Source of the DNA: the human T2T-CHM13v2.0 reference genome, Homo sapiens
Length of the DNA: 64,000 nt
Direction: 5' to 3' (one strand)
Assembly (NCBI RefSeq): GCF_009914755.1
Contig: NC_060926.1
A program made the position numbers and the translations under genes. The notes under the pieces were generated by a model. That model was not told the DNA's origin. It made no database searches and worked only from the letters and a program-made list of their open reading frames with translations. Shown here in pieces: positions 1 through 16,725 of this stretch. Each line of letters opens with the position of its first letter. Within the stretch, counting starts at the first letter, position 1.

Positions 1-241
1 TTTAAATTGCATGCAGTTCTGAGTAGTGTGATGAAATCTGGTGGTGTCCCACCCAGCACGTGGACCATCCCTTTGTCCATGGTGTCCATACTGTGTATGC
101 TACTTGCCCATTAGTCACTTAGTAGCAGCTCCATTATCTGATAGAAATCGATCGTATATATAAGGTTGAGTACTACCTGCAGTTTAAGGCATCCACTGGG
201 GGTCTTGGAACATATCCCTAGTGGATAAGGGAGAATACTAC
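1..241 (+). mobile_element. MER44-like (Tigger/TcMar) DNA transposon, cut by the window edge
   Basis: Terminal ggcatccactgggggtcttggaacatatccc...ggataaggg motif typical of MER44. Confidence 0.75.
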
Positions 242-244
242 CCC

Positions 245-375
245 TCCTTTTTCTGACAGAGGATCTGAGGCACAGCAAGCTTAAGATGCCTGTCAGTGGT
301 CACGTACCAGTAAGTGGAAGCTTCAAATCCAGGCACCCTTGCTCCAGAATCTACGTTCTAACCTCTTCAGTGTTA
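245..375 (-). mobile_element. MIR remnant
   Basis: gaggatctgaggcacag...ggtcacgtaccagtaagtgg...ttcaaatccagg resembles the MIR core in reverse. Confidence 0.65.
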
Positions 376-730
376 CTCGAGTCTCTTTCCATGATCCCAA
401 AGCACATCTTAAATAGTCTCCCTTAGAACAGAAAAGTAACAAAGTGAAGAATTAAAGCTGAGATTTTAAAATTGTCTCACACATTGTGTGCTAAAAGAAA
501 AACTGATTTTAGAGCTAACAATGAGCATAATAAGAGGCAATGTGTCATCAAATCTGTAGCCACAGACACATTGGCAGGAATAACAAAAAACTATATATTC
601 AATGGACTAATGAACTAAAGCAAGTCAATAATTCTCAGTAAATAAAACTTTTAGTGATGCCTATCACTTAATCTAAAATGATTTTTTAATGTTTTTATTT
701 TTTGCTACTCTTAAAAGTATAAGCTTAATC

Positions 731-1019
<289 letters not shown>

Positions 1020-2743
1020 TTAAATGTTCTGGAAAATGTACGTAAGAATCACAAGATAGAGGGTGCCATTATCTCATGGAAATCAAAATCCGTTGATCTG
1101 CAAATGAAAGAAAATTATACATATTTGAACATTTGAATCTTAAGTACCCAGGGATCCCAGTGTCTTTTTATATTGTTAAAATAATTAGATTTCTGATAAG
1201 TAAATTGTTAAAGTAATTAGACATTGTAAGTAAACGGAACAAAGACTTGATAAACGGGACAACTAGTGTGTTGGGAGAATGCCACCTATTGGCGATGTAA
1301 TGTACTACAGCACAGGTAATTTCTTGACTACTCAGGTGTAGAAAGATGGTTTTAAAACATGAGGTCCCAAAGGAAACAGAAGGTGCCACAAAATAAATTG
1401 AAAAATGTTAACAAAGTTTAATGAAACACGAACATTGATCAACATACAGAGGCATGGTCCTCTCAGTGTTGCTAAGAGAGCAGTTTGAAGAGACAGACTT
1501 ACACATCTGAATCAAAAATTCTAGTTCTGGGACTGATGAAAGAGCAAATGGATTTTGTTTAATGCCTATTGAATAAAAGAATAAAGCACAAAGGCATGAT
1601 GTGAATAGGCACTTAGTGAGGATCTGTTGAGTCAAAGCAATGTCAGTATGTATCCAACTTCCTTTGAGAAAGGTAGACTGTGCTATAGGGGAATAGAAGA
1701 TATTTGTCAGTTATTCATACTCCTTTAAATAATGCTAGGAAGAATTATCATTACTGTATATAAATTATATACAGCTTGTGGTTTATAAGAAGAGATAAGT
1801 AAATGATCTGAAATGAAATCTAAATTATTTATAACTTACCTGTTTTCAGTTTTAGTTAAATTACTTACATGTTCTTTATTTTATTATTTATTGAATGCCT
1901 ACTATGTACTAGGCAAACAATTCTGGAACAGGTGTAAAGTTGTATTTAATGAAATGCATAATTAGTATAATTTATTCCTAAATATTATGTATTTTAAATC
2001 TGCAAATGATACTTTAATAAATTCACCATTTGCTGTGACAGAAAATTTTTCAATCCTTCCTAATATCTAACCTACCCAAGTATTCATATCATTTTGCAAA
2101 AGTAAAGAATTTGGAATGTCTTCAAACAATTCGGCTAGTGATTTCTTCCATATCTGTGCATGGCTCTTAGACGCTCCCAAAGATCTCAGGGCAAGAAGTT
2201 TCGTAATGCCCTTGGAGGTGTGAAGGAAGACAGGGATTTGACTCATGGACTAAACTTGAAAAAATATTGTAACTGGGCCATAGTTGCAAAAGGCCTGTCA
2301 GCAGTCACGGTTTAAAGGCTTTTCCAAGAAATATGTTTCCAAAGAATGTTAATAATCACTTTGGAACACCCTACTTGTGAAACAATGAGTGGTCACTGCC
2401 TTTGGTTTAGGCAATCCAGGGATCTCTTTCTGCTTTTGGTCCTGGCTCTGTGACATTGCACTGGGCACATTACTTCAACCTCCTTTATCCAAAGTTGAGA
2501 CCTCTTCGTGAGGTTATGATAATTAATACAATCACTATGAAAGCATTTATCATTTCAATCATAGATCCTGAACATTATAATTAAAGAAACAATAACCGCT
2601 AGTCACTTACAATGGAAAATTAAAATCAAACTAGAAAGATACAAAAGGAAATCGAGTGGCCGTCATGCGGGCACAGAGAATATCTATAAAACAGGCAAGC
2701 GTTCCAGTTCTGTGGGACTGAACTCTTGGTATCCATGGAACTA

Positions 2744-3122
<379 letters not shown>

Positions 3123-3605
3123 TTAGAAAGCTTTCTCTCACCCCTCCCAAAGAAAGGTTGAAAATACTTTTACTACTCTCAAAAGATTATTGCAAAATAA
3201 AATTCATTAGTGAATTCAAACTGAAAGTAGCTCTTTGATGTAATGTGATCCGTATGTTAATTTCCTCACTTGAAATCCTAGTGATTTCTTCCATATCCAT
3301 GCATGGCTCTTACATGCTCAAGAGGGTTAAATGTGATAATGCATGGGAGAGGATTGGCCTACAGTAAATGCGCCATAGCGAAAGGCGTTAGCAATTATTA
3401 TGAATCAAATCCAGTTCTAGGAAATGAGTCAACGTTCATCATGCACTGCTCCCTGGTTATCCAGTGCTAGAAGTCTCTTTGAAAGGGGCCAAGAATCAAA
3501 GACAATGAGGGATAGGAGGGTGTTCAGGGAATTGCACAGACCCGAATACCCCTGTGTACTTGCAGAGAAGCTCCACCTGTGCCCGGCCAGGCTCCTACAG
3601 TGTAA

Positions 3606-3979
<374 letters not shown>

Positions 3980-5835
3980 TATGTTGGGTTTTAATGAACA
4001 TTCAATGTACTCAATTTTTAAATGTTAAAACCTAGATATTCCTAAGAATTTGATTTCAACTTTCACATTTTATCATCCTATTTATAAGTCCAATAACCTT
4101 CTATAAAATAAGATCAATTTTATTTGTTGACTGTTTATATGTCTCAAAGAACGGATTAAACTTAAAAGTTATTTCTACATATAAATTCTATTAATTAAAA
4201 TTTTGAACACTTTGGTCTCCATCTCACAATCCTAATAAGCATTTCCTCATAAATATTTAATTAGCTCTTATAAGTCTAATAAACCAAACTTAAAACACAA
4301 CAAATTGAATTCCCTAATAAATTTAAATAATGTTTACCAACCTAATCAAATTCTCCTAATCCTCATTCAACTTAAAATCCAAAATCTAAATTCAGTTTTG
4401 AGTTGAAGTTGCAAGGCCTGTCAGGTTCTCTGATGATATGATTCTCTTAGGCACTAACACATGTACAATAACAAGAAAAAGCCCTCACCCTAAGACGTGT
4501 CACAGAAAGTGTTAACATTCTAAGCTTAATTAACTTCATTATTTCTGTAGCAGAATTACTGTGTTAGGCCAGCTGAGGTTAGTGGCTGAAAAAATTCAGG
4601 ACCCTGATTGCCAGTTGGAAATGAGAGAATGAAAACCAGGACTTGGGACCTGCATCCTCTCAGTAATGAGTCTGCCCTGCCCACCATAGGATGCGGAGCA
4701 CCTTCTTGCTTCCGTGCTAACGGGATCCCAGGTGTTTCTCATGTGTGTTTTTTTATAATCAGTATCTTCCATTGCAGTGACTTTCAAGGGAATAATAGGA
4801 CAGAAAAAATAAATAGGACCTTTTATCCAACTATACATGCCCTCCCGTAGGAATCAGATACCTTCTCCTAAGGGGATATCCTCACCCCACTGAGATTCCC
4901 TAGTAGATCAATAGCTGCCAGCAGGATGGGGCTTTTATGGATGGTCAGGGCCTCCTTTACTAAACTGGGGAAGAGGTACTGGATTTGTGAAAGGGGCCAA
5001 ATAAGCAGGAATGAATGGCAGAGAAGCCAGGTACAAAAAGCAGGGACAGTACGTACATAAGAGGAAAAATACTAGATGCTAAATTGTGTGTTTTTAAAAA
5101 ATAACCATGTTTGGGCAGGTGCATTGGAAGGAAAGAAAGCAATGGGCAAGGAAGCCACATTCCAGTTATGATCCTATTGTAGTCATTGAAAGCAGAAGAA
5201 AAGCAAACATGGTTTGCCGCAAGGTGAGAATAGTTAAAATAAAATTTTTAAAAACCCTGATAGAGGGGAAAACTTACTCCTTCATTTCTTGCTAAACTGC
5301 TGAAGACAGAGCTCTGGAGGAGTGTCCTGGAACAAGCTGCCATTCCCAAACCCCAAATCCCTGGATTGCGGGTGAGTCAGCAAGTATTTGGAACGCCGAC
5401 CAGGGAGGACCAGTGGACCTTGCTAGACTGCACTGTAGCATGAACTCTCTGTTTTGAAAGCTGATTGAAGCTACTGCCTCAGTGTCCTCACCAGCCATTA
5501 GAGAACAGTTCAAGGCGAGAGAAGTTTGATTAATGGGTTACTCGTTGGTGACATGAGCACTTCTGAAATTTTACTTCTTGTACAGCTTGAGCCTTGGAGT
5601 GTCAGTTGTATTCATGGCACTTTTCCTAAGAGCTATACTGCATGGAAGTGCTAGGGAAAGTATTTGGCCACTCTCTGTTATAAAAAATACTCTGAATAGA
5701 AAATAAATTTCATTATGATAATAATCTTACTGATGTCCTATTAAAATCTTTCTAGTTTGAGCGAAAGGAGAGAAATTCAGGCATGCATGTAAACAATCTG
5801 ATCCTAAAAAGCAACACTTATTTTTAGTTAACAAG

Positions 5836-6160
5836 TGTATCAGTCTGTTTTTACACTGCTATAAAGATACTACCTGAGATGGGTAATTTATAAAGAACAG
5901 TTCTTCATGGCTGGGGAGGCCTCAGGAGACTTATAATTGTGGCAGAAGGCAAAGCCAGACACTTCTTACCTGGCGACAGGACAGAAGGAGAGAAAGAGCG
6001 AGGAAGTGCCACACTTGAAACCATCAACTCTCCTGAGAACTCCCTCACTATCATGAGAACAGCGTGGGGGAAACTGCCCCATGATCCAGTCACCTCCCAC
6101 CAGGTCGGGATTACAATTCAAGATGAGATTTGGGTGGGGACACAAAGTCAAACCATATCA
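5836..6160 (-). mobile_element. MSTA/THE1-type MaLR solo LTR
   Basis: TGTAT...aaaccatatCA termini, gatgagatttgggtggggacac motif, and a perfect 5-bp TSD ACAAG (5831-35 / 6161-65). Confidence 0.9.
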
Positions 6161-6310
6161 ACAAGCAATCATATTTATCTCAAAAGTAAAAGTCTTAGCA
6201 GTTTTACCTTTCTCCTGTGAAATCAGAGATTATGAATAGGCATTCCGTTTTCTAGAATCGCCCATTCAGTATGATACTAAATGATTTGGTCTAGTGAACA
6301 TTTTACTTTC

Positions 6311-6360
<50 letters not shown>
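6311..6360. repeat. (TA)n(TG)n microsatellite
   Basis: Seen directly, adjoining an Alu tail. Confidence 0.95.
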
Positions 6361-6363
<3 letters not shown>

Positions 6364-6668
6364 GTTTGTTTGTTTGTTTTGGAGACAGAGTCTCGCTCTG
6401 TTGCCCAGGCTGGAGTGCACTGGCACGATCTCGGCTCACTGAAACTTCTGCCTCCTGGGTTCAAGCGATTCACCTGCCACAGCCTCCCGAGTAGCTGGGA
6501 CTACAGGCTCACACCACCACACCTGGCTAATATTTTTTATTATTATTTTAGTAGAAATGGGGTTTCACCATGTTGCCCAGGCTGGTTTCAAACTCCTGAG
6601 CTCAGGCAATCCACCCGCCTCAGCCTCCCAAAGTGCTAGGATTACAGGCGTGAGTCACCACGCCCAGC
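6361..6668 (-). mobile_element. Alu (S/J)
   Basis: Reverse Alu consensus. Confidence 0.93.
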
Positions 6669-7296
6669 ATACTTTCACATCTTTTAAATAAAATTTGCTC
6701 TTCTTTTTTTCCTTTTGAAAATAGGGCTAGTTGAAGCATACTCTAAGAAGCATGAACTGTGATGAGTCTGACTTTGAGAAAATCACTGTGCATAATTGCT
6801 TAAGCACTGTTCTAAGTTTGAGGTTTTGAATTCAACTAACGTTTGAATTTCTTTTGACCTCTTCTTAACGAACCTAATAATACAACTATGGCTAGAACAA
6901 AGCTGCTGACTGCCCATGTCTGTTAAACAGTGACCTCATGGCCAGAGCAGGCAAGCCGGGCAGAGGAGGGATGAAGTAAATTTTATTCTCCTTTTATGCC
7001 GCAGACAGATTGTGCCCCTTATGATTGGGAGAAAAACATCTAGAAAGTTCTTAGAATGACCAGGTTCTTGTATTTACAAATCTGCAGGGAGCAGAAGCTA
7101 GAAAGTAATTGTTCTGCTAAGCATCAGTAGCCACTACCTTAAGAAAGAAGCAGATTACAAAACATTAGCTCATTGGGAGGGCTTCTGACACAACAAAGCC
7201 TTCTTTATGCTTCCTTCTGGGCTTCAAGTCTCAGTGGCAGGCTGAGCTGTTTTGAGCAGTTGTGCTGATTGTACACTGCTCATTTCAAGAAAATAC

Positions 7297-7665
<369 letters not shown>

Positions 7666-8350
7666 CATTCATGTGGTAATCTGTGAGCCCCTTCCAAAGA
7701 AATCACTGCCAGAGGCAGAAGTTGCTAGGACTGTATCTGATAGTGAACAGATCCAGAGGGGAAGGAAAGAGGAGGGTCATCTCAGATTGAAGTAAATGGC
7801 AGAATACAAAGAAATCATAAAACAGAATCAGGATTTCAAGATAGTCCATCTTTTACTTTGCAGTGATGTCTTACTTCCTGTTATTGAATGAAATACATTT
7901 TCATGACTAGTCATTGACTATGTTTAGTGTTATTTTCATATTACATTGATTAGAACTTGCTCTTCCAATAATGTTAATGGATAGTGGTATATCTTTGTTA
8001 TTCAGAACCTTGAGATCTGAACTTCTGAATATTAAGAGAGTTTTAAATATTAGAAGAGCTTTCTCTGCTATGAAGCTTTAAAAAAATAAGCAAGATTAAA
8101 ATACGTTAAAACACAATTTTCTTTATAATTTAATAGCTTATTACTTTTAGTAAAAGAAAACAAAATTTATCCTGGCTTGACCTTTGGAATATCATAAAAT
8201 TTCTGTAAACTTCAGTTTCCTCAGCAAAATAATACATGGGAAGATTAGATGTCCACGCTTACAGTTTGTTAAATTACATGTTTGTCATCATTCTGAAAAA
8301 TATCTAGATGGGCACCACCTGCAGGTAACAGCGTCATCTAGTGGTGATTA

Positions 8351-8718
<368 letters not shown>

Positions 8719-8871
8719 GAATGTTTTCTGTTTAAAATCATAGAATATGCAAGCTAGAAAGGACCTTCGAGATCATCTAGTCTTATTGCCTCATTTTGCC
8801 AGTTAAAGTTAGTTGAATTCCAGAGTTAACATATTAAATATTTTCCCCTCCTGTATTTTTTGTTTCTCTTG

Positions 8872-8972
8872 ACTTTTTAAAAATTGCAGTGAACTTCACA
8901 GAACATGAAATTAAGCACTCTAAAGTGAACAATTTAGTGGCATTTACTACGTTGACGATGTAATGCAACCTC
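8872..8972 (-). mobile_element. Old L1M 3'-end fragment
   Basis: aaagtgaacaatttagtggcattt resembles the L1MB 3' end. Confidence 0.6.
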
Positions 8973-9929
8973 CCCTTTATTCTTAAGCACATGCTTAGTT
9001 CCTGTTTTTAAACAATTCTTACTTGGTTAATGAAGAAAAAAAGTTCTTTGTATGTATAACTTAAAAAAAAAATTTCAGCTTGTCAGATTGTTGCTTCAGA
9101 GTGGTATTTAAAGAGCAGGAAAGGGGAAATGAAGTGGTTTACCTGTCCTTGCAGCTGAAAAAATATGAAGTAGATCAGTTTGGAAATTTAACATGCTGAA
9201 CACTCTTTTCATTTGCCTCTTTGTTTATTGTGTTGTTCAGTCTTGTCTCTTATCAATTTTAGAAGCCTCATTCCTGATTTCCTATGAAATTGCTTGGATG
9301 TAAGACTTAATATATTTCCTATGCCCCAGATACATTGGCAATCATTATTTTAAGGTTATTGTGTGTGGCATAATTTAATACTATTACAGTAGTATAAATG
9401 TTTGGATCCAGGTTTTAAAATGCAAAGGAACCACTATTTTTTTGGCATTTCTACCCAACAAATCTCTTTTTTCATTTTGTCTTGCTAAATAAACAGCAGT
9501 CTGTTGGGAAACTCTGGGAGTAACTAAAATGAGGAGGGTAACATTAGGTGAAGGTTGGGAGTGGGGAGAACGTGGTTGGTCTATGGCCCGTGAGTCTCCT
9601 TAGAGTATTAACATTTACAGGAGTCCCACAGAATATAAACCTTGCCAAGACTTTAGACTTCATTACTTCCCTGTCCTCGACAAGTACAATTTAATTGAAC
9701 ATTAAGCAATTTGATCTCTTTCACCTAATAAATCGAGCAAATTCAATAAACATAAATCCTGCTAATGATGGAGCTGCCCCTGGTGGAGCTGAGCTCATCA
9801 GCATTCATGGTTATTACTCTCCCTGGAATTTTAGTCACAAATGCTTATTGCTGAACTAAGTGCTTACCTGATGCTTAAGGTCTAGGGAGTGTATTTAATA
9901 ATTTTTTTCCCAGGGTTTCAAAAGGACAG

Positions 9930-10150
9930 CTGGGGAGTAGAAAGAACATGGTTTGGCAGATAGACCACTTTGGGTTCAAATCCCTCACCTGACCTTGGGC
10001 AAGGCAAGTTATGCTATTAAAAAGTGTAGTTTTCTTATTGGAAACAAAAGGAGCTAATTACAATTATTTCATAGAGTTCTGAGTTTTAAATGAAACAGTG
10101 TATGCAAAAGTAGTGTCTGGTGCGTAGGAACTTAATAGTGCGTGTTAGCT
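9930..10150 (+). mobile_element. MIR
   Basis: gggttcaaatccc...tgaccttgggcaag core. Confidence 0.7.
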
Positions 10151-10167
10151 AACTCTCTTGTTTTTAA

Positions 10168-10582
<415 letters not shown>

Positions 10583-11212
10583 TGAGTTACCTTCCTTCCT
10601 CTTCTACCTGGTTAACCTCCTGGCTACAGATGGTGTTTTCAAGCTGAAGCCTTTCCCAGCTCTTCCAGGATGACTTTAGTCATCGTCTCTGTGATCCTGA
10701 TAAGTTATTGCATGTGCCCTGATTGACTATCATCACATCTTTCCGTACTCTCAGGTCCCACCCTGTCCGTAATGAAGCAATGAATGAATCACTTTTAATA
10801 GAGCTAAGGCAAAGAGTACCTTAATTCCGTGCAATAAATGGAGAAACTAAGGCTAAAAGAACCGTGTCCAGACCAAGAAACTAGGAAGTGGAGAAACAAG
10901 GACTAGAACCCAAGTCTTTGGATTCCAGGTGTTTGCAGTGTATCCAGTTTTGCATCACAACACCACATATTTTAGTTTTAGGGAAGGAGGGTTGCTGCCT
11001 GTTCACCAGAGACTGTAAGCAGTAATGTATTCCGGGATAAAGAGCAGGACAGACACCCAGGCAGACATCCAGTCTCACAGTATTGTGGCAATACCCAAGG
11101 AGGTCTCTCTTCCACCTTTCTTTACTGGTACAGAGTGGAATGTTCTGTAAATGGCCACCGTTTTTCTAATTTCATAACTTTTACTAATTTCATTTAAAGA
11201 AAAGTGCCCATT

Positions 11213-11532
<320 letters not shown>

Positions 11533-11664
11533 TCACTGGAGGAGACAGTCATTTCATTCTCTTTATCTCCTCCCTCTGTTTCCTAGTTGTGTGTTTTAAA
11601 CACCATTGTCGTTAATCCATGTTTAAACCTGTAAGAAAAATACCTGGTCTAGAAATTGTAGTAG

Positions 11665-11976
<312 letters not shown>

Positions 11977-13719
11977 TGACCTGTTTTTCTTAATGCATGA
12001 AAATTGGTCCTTGTTTCTCTTATATTTGAAAATAACACAGTTCAAACTTCAGAGCGTTGCATTTTTAGCCCTGATGTGTGCAAAACGAAATTGCAACCTC
12101 TCTACCATTTCTAAAAACAGCTGAATTTAATTTGCCTCAGTCAGAACTAAAACTTTACCTCCTGGTCTCCTCACATGCCAGGGTAGCATTGTGACATGTG
12201 ACTGTCCAGACTGCCCTGCACATGTGTCTGTCATCAAGAATGGAGATTTCTTATAGTAAGGATATGGTAATGTTCCTTCCATTGCTGCCAACAGCAGGGG
12301 CCCCACACCCACAGGCTCCAGGGGATAATTTTTAAACCTTTTCTTTTTTCAATTTAAGATGAAAAGCAACAGCATTTGTCATATGAATCAGCCATGCCAG
12401 GGAAATTAATGTGATCAATGGCCTGGATCTTGTTTAGACTACTTAGCGACGGCGTCCCATAGCATCCCTTATGTATCTTTCATAGCTTTGATCAAGAGCT
12501 AAGCATTTGCGCTTGGGGCATGGGGAATGCAGTGGGTCGGGGAGGGTCTTTGAGGTGTGACTGTTTCCATTTCCTGTTCATTTCACATTGGTATTTGGCT
12601 AGATTCCAGATGGACACATTGTATGGGGTCTCAAATGGGATTGCCTCCAAAGTGCACCTCTCAGGGCAAGCCCTGCTAAGCAAAAACTTTTCCTTTGCAC
12701 CGAGCCCCAGACAAGGAGGTGACTATTGTTCTTGATGCACAGAAGTCAAGGGTGTTTTGGAGAAAGAGAAAGATTCTAAGGACAGAAAATGTGTTCATCT
12801 CCACATGTTGAGCTGGATAAAGTAGCAGCCAAGAGTTTCTTGTGGGAAGTTATGGAAATAGTTTAGGGATCTGCTATTCTTGGGCTCTGTACTCTCAGCC
12901 AACCACAGTTCATGCAGTTCCCCAAGCTGGACTGTAGCAGTGACCTAGTCATCGAGATAACCAAGGCCAAGCACCTCCAAGCTGTAATGGGTTCTGCTTG
13001 TGGCTTGGGGTGCCCAGAGGCCCAGCACATGCTAGAAATTTGCCTGTACCGAGATCCTAAAGAGGATGACTTGCCCAAGTCCTGATATTTCCATTGCTTT
13101 CCTGAAAGATGGTGAAATCCACTTCTATAAACCTATTCTCTTCTGTTAACTTATTCTCTATGTAAGACATTTCTGATTTAGGCCTATATTAAAAATTCTT
13201 GGACATCAGTTTTTCCCCTGTACTTTGAGTTCTGATGATCTAATGTTAAAATGTACTATTGTTCATACTTTATCACTGCACAACCAAGTAATGAAATTTA
13301 CCAAGGCAGTCAACAGTTTTGTGCCTTGTTTGAGAGGAAGTCTAGGAAGACTTCTCTATTTACTGAGCTAGTTTCCCTCTACCTATTTAAAAACTCCAAA
13401 TAGTCTTGAAACAAGATTTAAAAACACCTGTGGACCGTTCTTCCATTGCTCTTTACTGCACAATTATTTGCCTGTTGATCACTGCTTTTACGTTTTGTTA
13501 ACATTAAAATGTAAATCACTCACTCATTATAATACTGTCTTTAAAAAAAACTTCATTTATTTCCAAATGTTCACTAGGGACTTAGTGATGTCACCCACAG
13601 GAAAAAATTGGATTCTCCATTTTCTTGATGCTTCAAATTTTTAAAATAGTTTCACAACATTATCTCATTTTTTTACATATCAGTAACACAGATGTAGTCA
13701 AACAAGAATTCTTGTTCCT

Positions 13720-13835
13720 GTGTTACAGATGTGGAAACTGAGGCTTGCCCAAAACTGCTAAGCTGGGAAGTAAGTGGTGCAGTCAGGACTTGAGCCTCAG
13801 CTTCCACCTCTGAAGCCCATGTTCTTCCCATTACC
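13720..13835 (-). mobile_element. MIR
   Basis: ttacagatgtggaaactgaggct core. Confidence 0.7.
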
Positions 13836-14681
13836 CCACGATCCTGGCCAAGAATCAGGGCAGATGTGCATGATGGGAAGGGCGGCGTGGATGGATTAGG
13901 ACAGACCTGTGCAGGCTCCCAGAAAAATAATTCAAAATACATTTCCTGGTGATGACGGGACTTTAGCACATCTTCAGATACAGAAGAGAAGACATGGTGC
14001 AGAAAGGATGTTTTGATCACTGACCAAAACTGTCTTGGAGCTTGGAATGTGAATGTGTTAGAGAAAAGTGAAGCAGCAAAGGGCAACACGCTCTAGCATT
14101 TTAAGAGGAAAAAACGCATGGCAGGGGAAGAAAGGAAAGGAAGGAGGATGTGGAATATCCCAGAAGTACCTCCCCCAACCCATTACCCTCCACTGCCCGC
14201 TTCCCTAGCCTTGGTCTAGTCAGAAGACTTCTTTAGGAACCATTTGGTAGTTCCAAAAAACAACTTAGTTTTCTTTCTTGATGCCTTTGGGTACGTGCTT
14301 TTAAAAACTAATCCAAAATTCTGCAACATAATTCCTACATACCTACTTAGTTTCAGTTCAGGTCCACCTTTTGCAGGGAGCTGTTCCTAAACATTGCATA
14401 GGAACAGGAGCCTGCCCTTCCTCTTCACCCTCACCTTCAGTCCTTTCCTCTGGCGTTGCTGTAGAGTGACAGCTTAGAGACTCAAGCCCATCTCATTTCT
14501 TTGGTGGAGGAAGCATGTCTAGGGGAGTGCACTGGATTGAAGGTGGCTGCCCTGGCCAGCCCCTGATCATGGCATTCGACATCCCCGGACCTCAAGTCTC
14601 AGCAAGGCTTCTCTGACAGCCAACAGGCATCAGCAGGATGCTCAGCCATCTCTGGATTTCACTTTATAAAATAAGTACCTT

Positions 14682-15248
<567 letters not shown>

Positions 15249-15906
15249 GACAGTTTCTTTAAAAATAAGTACCAGAATTAATTCATTTTTAACATCTCCT
15301 CTAGATCACAACTGTGGCTTCAATATAAAATATGGAACAAGTCTGTCTTTCAGATGTACAACAAATGTATATAAAAAATAATGGGAGAAGATGACCTCAG
15401 CTCTTGAAACTTGTAAACATTTCAGCAATCTTGCTCTCGCAAAGAAATCCTTAATTCTGCGTTTTCAAACTTTAAGCAGAACTGACAGCCATTTGTGCTC
15501 TCTCTGTTTGAAGTAGTTCTTTTCTTTTGAGTCAAGAATCTTTTTCCAGGTTCGGCTATTTCCTTAATGAAATTAATATTTCACACAGAATGGTTTCATG
15601 CAAAAGTGCTGGGACGCCTGGAGTCTGGATGTTGTTCCTGGAATGCTTCCACATAAGGAGAATTTTAGACAGGGGCAGCCAGAATCCTACCCTATCCAGT
15701 GGTTCAAGGTCTTTTCTGGCCTCACGCTTGCTTTGGGCAGTTCTCAGAATGTGTGTGTGCACGTGTGCACATGCATACACACACACCTTTGATTCGTCAC
15801 CCTCATTCCTCCAGTCATTTAAGTAGGAGCTGATAAAAGAAAGCCTTCAGGGTTCACAGTATTGCCTTGGTGGGGTTTTTTTTTTTTGTATGTTGCAAGA
15901 ATAAAC

Positions 15907-16043
15907 ACAATAGGGGAAAATTCCAGGCAAACGTGGCCATTGCCTTGCGCGACAATAGAGGAAAATTCCAGGCAAGTGTGGCCATTGCCTTGCATGACAA
16001 TAGAGGAAAATTCTAGGCAAGTGTGGCCATTGCCTTGTGTGAC
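15907..16043. repeat. 45-bp tandem repeat, 3 copies
   Basis: Unit acaatagaggaaaattccaggcaagtgtggccattgccttgcatg starts at 15907, 15952 and 15997. Confidence 0.95.
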
Positions 16044-16209
16044 TGCCCCACTCATGTCCATCTGGTCCTGGGGCCTGTAGCCTGCCTGCACCTCACAGTC
16101 CTAACAGAGCTGTTGACATCCGTGGAGCCCCAGAATTTCACCAACTGCTAGATGTATCTTTGGGAAGTGTATTTTGTGGAACATACTCAGAACATGAGGC
16201 TGTCCTTTC

Positions 16210-16345
16210 TACAGCTTTCCTCCCTAGACCTTCTCAATAACTCTGTTCTTAAATGTAGACAAGAGCCTGGGATCATGAAAAGCATTGAAACCTCAGTAAC
16301 CCCGGGACAAATGGAGAACCAAAATCCTGTGCACTGGTGGGTCCT
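16210..16345 (+). repeat. 136-bp dispersed direct repeat, copy 1
   Basis: Ungapped match to 19690-19825, 11 mismatches by hand count. Confidence 0.92.
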
Positions 16346-16524
16346 TGGGGGAGGAGTAAAGGGGAGTCTAGGAGTCAGGGGGCCGTGGGGCTGACCCAGT
16401 GTGGAACAGCAATATGGCCTCAGGAGGTGAAAACCACAGATGGGTCTAGCTGGGGTACAGAGATGGTAAGGACAGGAATTCCAAAGGAGCTGAGATCATT
16501 GCAGGGGAGACAAATGTGAAAACT

Positions 16525-16725
16525 GTACACTCTGGAGCTTCGTTTCTGACTTCAAATCAGGTTCTGCCACATGGCAGCTGTCATGTAACCTCTCTGTGCT
16601 TTTGTTTCCTCACTGGTAAAATGGAGATGGTAGAACATAGGATGGTGTGCGTCTTTTAGTGCATCGATGTGTATTAAGTGCTTAGAACAGTATCTGGCAT
16701 AGAGCAAGCATTATATGACTGGTAG
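16525..16725 (+). mobile_element. MIR
   Basis: aacctctctgtgc...gtttcctcactggtaaaatggagat...gtgcttagaacagtatctggcatag. Confidence 0.75.

Noticed and set aside
9772-9790. CTCF-like CCACCAGGGGCAG on the - strand
   Set aside because: One G short of the core spacing; a weak match.
15907-16043. CRISPR-like array (repeats with internal palindrome)
   Set aside because: The units are contiguous with no unique spacers, there are no cas genes, and the context is a human intron.
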